Of a stretch of DNA of 32,995 bases, positions 27,801-32,995 are shown in pieces. This DNA is from Candidatus Bathyarchaeota archaeon (GTDB lineage Archaea; Thermoproteota; Bathyarchaeia; Bathyarchaeales; DTEX01), in NCBI GenBank assembly GCA_021158305.1, contig JAGGUU010000066.1, positions 1 through 32,995 on the forward strand, read 5' to 3'. The translations under genes were made by a program, and so were the position numbers. The notes below the pieces were generated by a model. It saw only the letters and a list, made by a program, of their open reading frames with translations, was not told where the DNA came from and did not search any database. The first letter of the stretch is position 1. Each line of letters starts with the position of its first letter.

Positions 27801-28234
27801 TCCGAAAGTCCAGAGAGGAGGCAAAACTTGGATTTCAGCATGACAGGCAAGTCACCAATGTAGACTAGCTCCTTTAAATCTGTGCGTTCTCTTCCATCTA
27901 TTATCGGCGTCATCTCCACGGATAAAGGCATGGCATACGTGAGATTTCTCAATCGAGCCTCCATGGGATATATCTCGTGACGTGTTCCGTCAACCTCAGT
28001 TACGTAGGGACCGTAGATCACATCGTTCTCAACTTCTCTAACTATGAAAACTCGACCAAACTTTATCTTGTATGGACCTTCTGGAACCTCTATGTCTATC
28101 CCGCCTACCTCATCAATAACTTGTTGAAGCCCATGCTCCACAAATTCATTATAGGAGTCCAGATGCTGTCTAACAAGTCCCTTCTCCTCAAACATCGCCT
28201 TTTGTATGAGGAATGCATCTTCTGGACTAATCAA
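24863..28234 (-). CDS. rpoB: DNA-directed RNA polymerase subunit B, unsplit (Rpo2)
   Basis: GGYFIINGSER, ETPEG, GYNMED, GDKFASRHGQKG, GLRFGEMERD and a C-terminal Zn finger; GAGGTTGA SD before the TTG. Confidence 0.98.
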   Translation of the reverse strand: MISPEDAFLIQKAMFEEKGLVRQHLDSYNEFVEHGLQQVIDEVGGIDIEVPEGPYKIKFGRVFIVREVENDVIYGPYVTEVDGTRHEIYPMEARLRNLTYAMPLSVEMTPIIDGRERTDLKELVYIGDLPVMLKSKFCLLSGLSEEDLIRHGEDPLDPGGYFIINGSERVIVAIEDLAPNRILTDIDTSGASPVYEAKVFSTTIGFRARIELRIKSNGRINVSVPGISTEIPFVILMRALGLESDREIAEAVSLDEAVQSELEASFDAAEGVDTVEDALLYIGNRAAYGQIKSYRLVKAENIIDKNLLPHIGRTKESRREKAFFLGEMARRAIELKLGRRKPDDKDHFKNKRLRLAGPLLSDLFRVAFRNLCRDIKYQLERMGARRRMLGISIAVRPGIVTDKIQHSLATGNWGRGRVGITQLLDRTNMISTFSHLRRLQSPLSRSQPNFEARDLHATHWGRLCPNETPEGANCGLVKNLALSAVISVGYDPEKVKRMLYERGVVPLAEASGELKLFGAKVFVDGCPIGYHVSPRKLVKELREARRRGEISSEINIAYFSKINGSNDEVYVNCDEGRVRRALIIVENGKPKLGPEEIEKVKNGEWKWEDLIKRGIIEYLDAEEEENALIALDPKDVTPEHTHLEITPYSILGICASLIPYAEHNQSPRNSYESAMAKQALGIYASNFPFRVDSRAHILHYPQVPIVQTKPMEVIGYNLRPSGQNCIVAVLSFEGYNMEDALIFNKASIERGLARSTFYRIYEAECLHYLGGLRDEIKIPEPGIRGYRGEQYYRFLEEDGIVGVESEVSGGDVLIGRVSPPRFLEEYKEFEIRGPSMRDSSVNMRPSEKGIVDAVFLSETNEGNKLVKVRVRDERVPEIGDKFASRHGQKGVIGMIVPQEDMPFSVDGMVPDIIINPHAFPSRMTIGQFLESLAGKVGAAQGKIIDGTPFAGVKGNALKKALIDLGFSYTGREVLYDGVTGEKYEAEIFMGVIYYQKLHHMVSDKIHARARGQVQMLTRQPTEGRARGGGLRFGEMERDCLIGHGAAMLLHDRLLEESDKYTLYVCENCGYIAYYDMRQRKYVCRICGEKAKISPVQVSYAFKLLLQELMSLCISPRLILKERA

Positions 28235-28495
28235 TTCATATCAACCTCTTCAAGCAGTCTCGATTAGACTTCACCCTCAGAGAGATGAGATCTTCTCCAT
28301 CTCTCTTCGGTAAATAAAAGGATATTGAACAGACATTATCGGCGTTTTTCGCCATATTTATGGAGCATCCCCTTCCTTTAGGCTTCACAAAGTAACGAAA
28401 GCGCATATTTAAGGATTACTTTAAGGTATTCATAAGCGAACTTATAAATGTATTTTGGCAATCTTCACGATATCTCGTTTCTCTTTAAATCTTTT

Positions 28496-29497
28496 CTAAA
28501 TTGAAAATGCTGTTTCCTTCATCACCGTTAATATATCATTCAGAACAGCTGAGACCGTCTCTTCTCCGGCGCCGTGACCTATCAACGTGATCTCCCTTGC
28601 CAAGTCTGTCTCTATATGAATGGCATTCAGTGTTCCATGGACACATAGTGGATGATTTATCGGAACAAGCTTTGGAGACACTTCTATATGCTTATCGATC
28701 ATGCTGATGAGCTTTATGGCGAATTTTGACTTCTTGGCTAGGCTTATAGCTTCTGGAGTAACCCTTCTTATTCCCGTTCTTTTAACATCCTCAAATTTTA
28801 CGTTCCTATTCATTAATGCGTTTGCGAGGATCACTGCTTTGCAGGCCGCATCTATTCCGTCAACATCATATGATGGATCACGTTCAGTGAGGCCTCTTTC
28901 CCGCGCTTCCTTTAAGGCTAGTTCGAAGCTTGTTCCTTCAAAGTACATTCTTGAAAGGATATAATTTGTTGTTCCGTTTAGTATTCCCACTATTCTTCGT
29001 ATCGCGTCTCCTTGGAGACATCTTCTAACGAGAGAGAAGACTGGTACTGCTCCCGCAACTGTGCCTTCGTAGAGAAGAAAACAATCATTCTTCTCAGCTA
29101 GGCTTGTAAGTTCTTTCAAGGCCACGACGAGCGGTCCCTTATTCGATGTGACTACGTGAATCCCCTTTTTAAGAGCCGCTTTTATGAAAGAAAGACCTGG
29201 CTCTCCATCATTGATATTTGTAGGAGTTACCTCGACCATTAAGTCTGCTTCTCCCTTCTCAATGATCTCCTCGGTTGATCCTCCTTCTCTGTATTTTCCA
29301 GAGTATTCTGATAGCCTCTTCACGCAGCTGAGCCTTTCGAGATCAAGCCCCTTTGAATCGTATAAGTAGCCTTTGCTATCTGAGACGCCGATAACCTTGA
29401 AGCTCGCATCCACATTCCTTATAAGGTCTATCTTTTTGTAAAATGCTCTCACAAGTTTTTTGCCAATGAATCCGAAACCAACAATTATGACGTTCAA
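28496..29497 (-). CDS. hom: Homoserine dehydrogenase
   Basis: GFGFIG Rossmann motif, HVVTSNKGP, YEGTVAGAVP, GILNGTTNYIL and DVDGIDAACK. Confidence 0.95.
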   Translation of the reverse strand: MNVIIVGFGFIGKKLVRAFYKKIDLIRNVDASFKVIGVSDSKGYLYDSKGLDLERLSCVKRLSEYSGKYREGGSTEEIIEKGEADLMVEVTPTNINDGEPGLSFIKAALKKGIHVVTSNKGPLVVALKELTSLAEKNDCFLLYEGTVAGAVPVFSLVRRCLQGDAIRRIVGILNGTTNYILSRMYFEGTSFELALKEARERGLTERDPSYDVDGIDAACKAVILANALMNRNVKFEDVKRTGIRRVTPEAISLAKKSKFAIKLISMIDKHIEVSPKLVPINHPLCVHGTLNAIHIETDLAREITLIGHGAGEETVSAVLNDILTVMKETAFSI

Positions 29498-29516
29498 CCT
29501 TGTTCCCCTGCTTCCG

Positions 29517-29987
29517 CTATATTGGGAGTATTATGAGTGAGCCTTCTGATTCCGCTACTCTTCTAAGATTCTCCAATGTTTCGTCAAGAAGATCAGTTGG
29601 AACTTCGATCTCAAGCTTCAAGCATGCATCTTTTGATGTTAGAGCTGAAGCCTCAAATCCCACAATCTTCGCGTTTCTTAATCCTTCCTGGATAACGCGT
29701 TTCAAATCAGCCTTGCCCACTAAAATAGCTGTGATATGAACTGTCTCAACAATTTCCTCAGCCTTGATTATTGTAACTTCCATCTTTCTTAAGTCATCGA
29801 TTGTTTTCTGCATATTCCATCGTGAGGGAAAGTCAACTACAAGGCTGACTGGGACGAATCCTGCCGAGGGATTCTCACGTTCATGAATTATGGAGATTAT
29901 GTTTCCGCCGTTCTTCGCGATCGGCTTGAGAGCTTTAAGAAGCTGCCCAGGCCTATCGGCCAATCCGATCGTTAAGTCAAACTTCAA
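29517..29987 (-). CDS. ACT-domain protein, putative allosteric regulator of homoserine dehydrogenase
   Basis: LADRPGQLLKALKPIAKNGGNIISIIH ACT motif; standalone gene immediately upstream of hom, as in many archaea. Confidence 0.88.
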   Translation of the reverse strand: MKFDLTIGLADRPGQLLKALKPIAKNGGNIISIIHERENPSAGFVPVSLVVDFPSRWNMQKTIDDLRKMEVTIIKAEEIVETVHITAILVGKADLKRVIQEGLRNAKIVGFEASALTSKDACLKLEIEVPTDLLDETLENLRRVAESEGSLIILPI

Positions 29988-30007
29988 GGTCTATTCCTCC
30001 TACGCCT

Positions 30008-31666
30008 TTAGGGAACTCTGAAAGTTCCACCTTTATCAGCTGATTGTACAAGGAAGGAGTATCTGCGCAGGTATCCTTTATCGATCTTTGGCGGCTTAGG
30101 CTTCCATCCTGAAAGCCTCCGCCTCATTTCTTCTCTATCTATCTCTACATTGAGTGATCTCTTGGGAACATCAATGCTTATTACATCGCCGTCTTTCACT
30201 ACGGCTATAGGGCCCCCAGCCGCCGCCTCTGGAGATATATGCCCTATGCATAAGCCTCTCGTTGCTCCTGAAAATCTTCCATCAGTTAATAATGCAACAG
30301 ACTCGATTAGACCCATACCAGCTATGGCGGCTGTTGGGGAGAGCATCTCCCTCATTCCAGGGCCTCCTTTAGGTCCTTCATATCGAATAATAATCACGTC
30401 TCCATCGTTGATCTCCTTGTTCAAGATGGCTTCCATGGCTTCTTCTTCGGAGTCGAAGACTCTTGCCGGTCCTCTATGAGTTAGCATCTTAGGCGGAACA
30501 GCCGTAACTTTGAGCACGGCGCCGTTCGGCGCCAGGTTTCCTTTAAGCACGGCTATTCCACCCTGCTTATGGATTGGATTATCAAGTGGACGTATGACCT
30601 CCCAGTCATAGATAACGGCATCTCTAATATTCTCCCATACTGAGCGGCCGGTTACTGTTACGGCATCTAGATGGAGATTGTCCTTTAGAACCTTCATTAC
30701 CGCTGGGATTCCGCCTGCCGCTTCAAGCTCGGCTAAATCATGCGGTCCAGCCGGCCTCATATCACATATGTGTGGAGTTCTTCTCGCGATCTCGTCGAAA
30801 ATCTCAAGGGGCAAGGAGACCCCAGCTTCATTAGCTATAGCCGTTAAGTGCAGAATGGCGTTGGTTGATCCTCCGAGAGCCATATCCACGGTTATAGCAT
30901 TCTCAAATGCTTCTCGTGTTAGGATATCTGAGGGCTTGAGATCCTCCTTAACCATTTGAACGATTCTTTCTCCACTCTTTTTTGCTATCCTAGCCTTTTG
31001 AGACGAGACTGCAAGTGACGATGCGCATCCAGGAAGCGAGAGACCTATGGATTCAGCTATGCAAGCCATAGTATTCGCGGTGTACATTCCATTACATGAT
31101 CCGCTACCTGGGAAGGCTCTATCCTCTATTCTCTTCAGCTCCTCTTCGGTCATTTTTCCAGCCGTTACTTCGCCTACTGCTTCGAAAATCGCAGTTACGT
31201 CAACCTTTCTTCCCTTATATATCCCGGAGAGCATGGGGCCTCCGGTTACCACAATCGATGGAATGTTAAGTCTAGCCGCAGCCATCATCATTCCGGGAGT
31301 TATCTTGTCGCAGTTGGTGAGTAAAACTAGCCCATCAAACCTGTTCGCTTCAGCGACGACTTCGATCGAATCTGCAATTATCTCCCTTGAAGGCAGGGAA
31401 TAATGCATGCCTACGTGCCCCATCGCTATTCCGTCACAGATGGCTATCGTATTAAACTCGAATGGGACTCCGCCCGCTGATCGAACACCCGCCTTAACAT
31501 ATTCCACGAGCCTATTGAGATGCATATGGCCTGGAACAGTCTCGGCGAAGCTATTAGCGATGCCTATGAAGGGTTTATCAAAATCCTCGTCTGTAACTCC
31601 TAGGCATTTCCATATGCTCCTTTGAGGAGCTCTTTCAATTCCACGCTTAACAACGTCGCTTCTCAA
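30008..31666 (-). CDS. ilvD: Dihydroxy-acid dehydratase
   Basis: [47 protein letters not shown] and TDGRFSG motifs. Start set at TTG 31666 (MRSD..., preceded by GGGGT); the ORF track starts at 31678. Confidence 0.96.
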   Translation of the reverse strand: MRSDVVKRGIERAPQRSIWKCLGVTDEDFDKPFIGIANSFAETVPGHMHLNRLVEYVKAGVRSAGGVPFEFNTIAICDGIAMGHVGMHYSLPSREIIADSIEVVAEANRFDGLVLLTNCDKITPGMMMAAARLNIPSIVVTGGPMLSGIYKGRKVDVTAIFEAVGEVTAGKMTEEELKRIEDRAFPGSGSCNGMYTANTMACIAESIGLSLPGCASSLAVSSQKARIAKKSGERIVQMVKEDLKPSDILTREAFENAITVDMALGGSTNAILHLTAIANEAGVSLPLEIFDEIARRTPHICDMRPAGPHDLAELEAAGGIPAVMKVLKDNLHLDAVTVTGRSVWENIRDAVIYDWEVIRPLDNPIHKQGGIAVLKGNLAPNGAVLKVTAVPPKMLTHRGPARVFDSEEEAMEAILNKEINDGDVIIIRYEGPKGGPGMREMLSPTAAIAGMGLIESVALLTDGRFSGATRGLCIGHISPEAAAGGPIAVVKDGDVISIDVPKRSLNVEIDREEMRRRLSGWKPKPPKIDKGYLRRYSFLVQSADKGGTFRVP

Positions 31667-31783
31667 TGTGAACCCCACAACTTCTTTTATTGTAAACTCT
31701 TAAACTTTTTGGCTTCAGAGTCTATTTGAAATATTGCGAATTCATTCTGGGAGAAGCTAGTGATCCAAAAGGCTTTTATACAA

Positions 31784-31791
31784 CATTGTCG
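31784..31791 (+). promoter_or_regulatory. Putative TATA box for cimA
   Basis: TTTTATAC preceded by a purine-rich CAAAAGG BRE-like element, about 30 nt upstream of the first ATG. Confidence 0.4.
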
Positions 31792-31859
31792 TGTTTTGAT
31801 GATTTGAGGTTGCTGAAAAATGGGGTATCGTTTTATCGAATAGATTCGCGGAGAAGATC

Positions 31860-32995
31860 TTGATTTTTGACACTACACTGAGAGACGGCGAGCAAATGCC
31901 CGGAGTCTCTTTAACCCCAGAGAAGAAATTGAAGATAGCGAGGAAACTCGATGATCTCGGAGTGAATGTGATTGAAGCTGGATTCGCAGCAGCGTCTCCA
32001 GGCGAGATGGAAGCTATAACTCTAATATCCAAGGAGAATCTTAAAGCCGAGATCTGCAGCTTCGCCAGGGGAGTGAAGAAAGATATAGATGCTGTTGCAG
32101 AGAGCGGGGCAGACTCCGTGTTTCTCGTGATTCCATCATCAGATCTTCATATAAGGTATAAGCTGGGGAAGACAAGGAATGAAATCTTAGATTTAACGTC
32201 TCGAAGCATCAGATACGCGAAGGATCTTGGGCTTATCGTTGAGTTTGGGCTTGAAGACTCAACTAGGGCAGATACGGAGTTCATTAAGAAAATGATAAGC
32301 GAAGCCGTGTCTGCTGGAGCTGACAGAGTTACACCATGTGATACGGTAGGCGTTTTAACCCCGGAGAAGTCGTATGAGTTCTATTCTGAACTGAGAGAGG
32401 CTTTTCCAGACGTGACTCTTGGAGTTCACAGTCATGATGACTTTGGAATGGCCGTTGCGAACTCCATAGCTGCTCTTAAGGCTGGTGCGGATGAAGTTCA
32501 CGTCACAGTGAACGGTTTGGGTGAGAGAGCTGGAAATGCGGCTTTAGAGGAGGTTATAGTCTCGCTGAAGCTTCTCTATAATGTTGAAACCTCCATAAAA
32601 ACAGAGAAAATCTATGACGCTTCCCTTTTAATCTCAAGACTGACTAACACGCCTATTCAGCCGAATAAGGCAATAGTTGGAGAAAACGCATTTGTCCACG
32701 AATCCGGAATACATACGCACGCCATCCTTTCGGAGCCCTCAACATATGAGCCTATACCTCCGGAGATCGTTGGAAGAAAAAGAAGACTCGCAGTTGGAAA
32801 ACATGCTGGTTCACGTGGAATAAAGGCGGCTCTTGAGGAGATGGGACTCTATCCAGACGAGAAGCAATTATTGGAGATCTTCAATAGAGTGAAGGCATTA
32901 GGGGATAAGGGGAAACTCATCACCGACGCTGACTTGTATGCTATAGCTGAATCCGTGATGGATCTTCCAGCAAATAAAGTCATCGAGCTTGAAGA
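31860..32995 (+). CDS. cimA: (R)-citramalate synthase / 2-isopropylmalate synthase family (LeuA/CimA); runs off the window end and is absent from the ORF track
   Basis: Hand translation gives IFDTTLRDGEQMPGVSLTPEKK, EICSFAR, VIPSSDLHIRYKL, CDTVGVLTPE, VHSHDDFGMA, GLGERAGNA and HESGIH. These look closer to archaeal CimA than LeuA. The start is uncertain. Confidence 0.8.
   Translation, partial: MIFDTTLRDGEQMPGVSLTPEKKLKIARKLDDLGVNVIEAGFAAASPGEMEAITLISKENLKAEICSFARGVKKDIDAVAESGADSVFLVIPSSDLHIRYKLGKTRNEILDLTSRSIRYAKDLGLIVEFGLEDSTRADTEFIKKMISEAVSAGADRVTPCDTVGVLTPEKSYEFYSELREAFPDVTLGVHSHDDFGMAVANSIAALKAGADEVHVTVNGLGERAGNAALEEVIVSLKLLYNVETSIKTEKIYDASLLISRLTNTPIQPNKAIVGENAFVHESGIHTHAILSEPSTYEPIPPEIVGRKRRLAVGKHAGSRGIKAALEEMGLYPDEKQLLEIFNRVKALGDKGKLITDADLYAIAESVMDLPANKVIELE

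Noticed and set aside
21021-28234. Possible inteins in the RNAP subunits
   Set aside because: Lengths are normal (1279 and 1123 aa), with no intein splice motifs or LAGLIDADG blocks seen.
1-32995. CRISPR arrays, tRNA/rRNA genes, transposases, integrases and defence systems
   Set aside because: No regularly spaced repeats, tRNA T-loop/cloverleaf signatures or mobile-element ORFs were seen by eye, and all spacers are under 400 bp. tRNAscan/Infernal would be needed to exclude small RNAs fully.

Overview
This is ~33 kb of archaeal core chromosome, most consistent with a Bathyarchaeia/TACK-type archaeon. That placement is inferred from the unsplit RNAP A and B subunits, an SmAP3-type Lsm, MptA, frequent TTG/GTG starts and GAGGT/GGGGT Shine-Dalgarno sites. 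Gene order: partial MobB-FeS, EamA transporter, AKR-like unknown, thermosome, wHTH regulator, PAC2 chaperone, SmAP3, GlmU-like enzyme, DUF2095, a ribophorin-I-like membrane protein, TrmB, a small coiled-coil protein, ferredoxin, HDAC, purB, a NatAB-like ABC exporter, mptA, a bacterial-type kdgK/eda(+VOC) pair, an orphan, the rpoB-rpoA-rpl30e-nusA-rps12 operon (lacking the usual flanking rpoH and rps7), hom with an ACT regulator, ilvD and a partial cimA. I saw no tRNA, rRNA, CRISPR array or transposase. Best leads: (1) a ribophorin I (RPN1/Ost1)-like protein with one luminal domain and a duplicated cytosolic helical module; (2) a nested inverted-repeat structure that would sequester the Shine-Dalgarno site of mptA (riboswitch-like); (3) a palindrome over the predicted thermosome transcription start, facing a divergent wHTH regulator and a proteasome chaperone; (4) an Eda-glyoxalase fusion. 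All family calls come from motif recognition by eye; no database searches were run.
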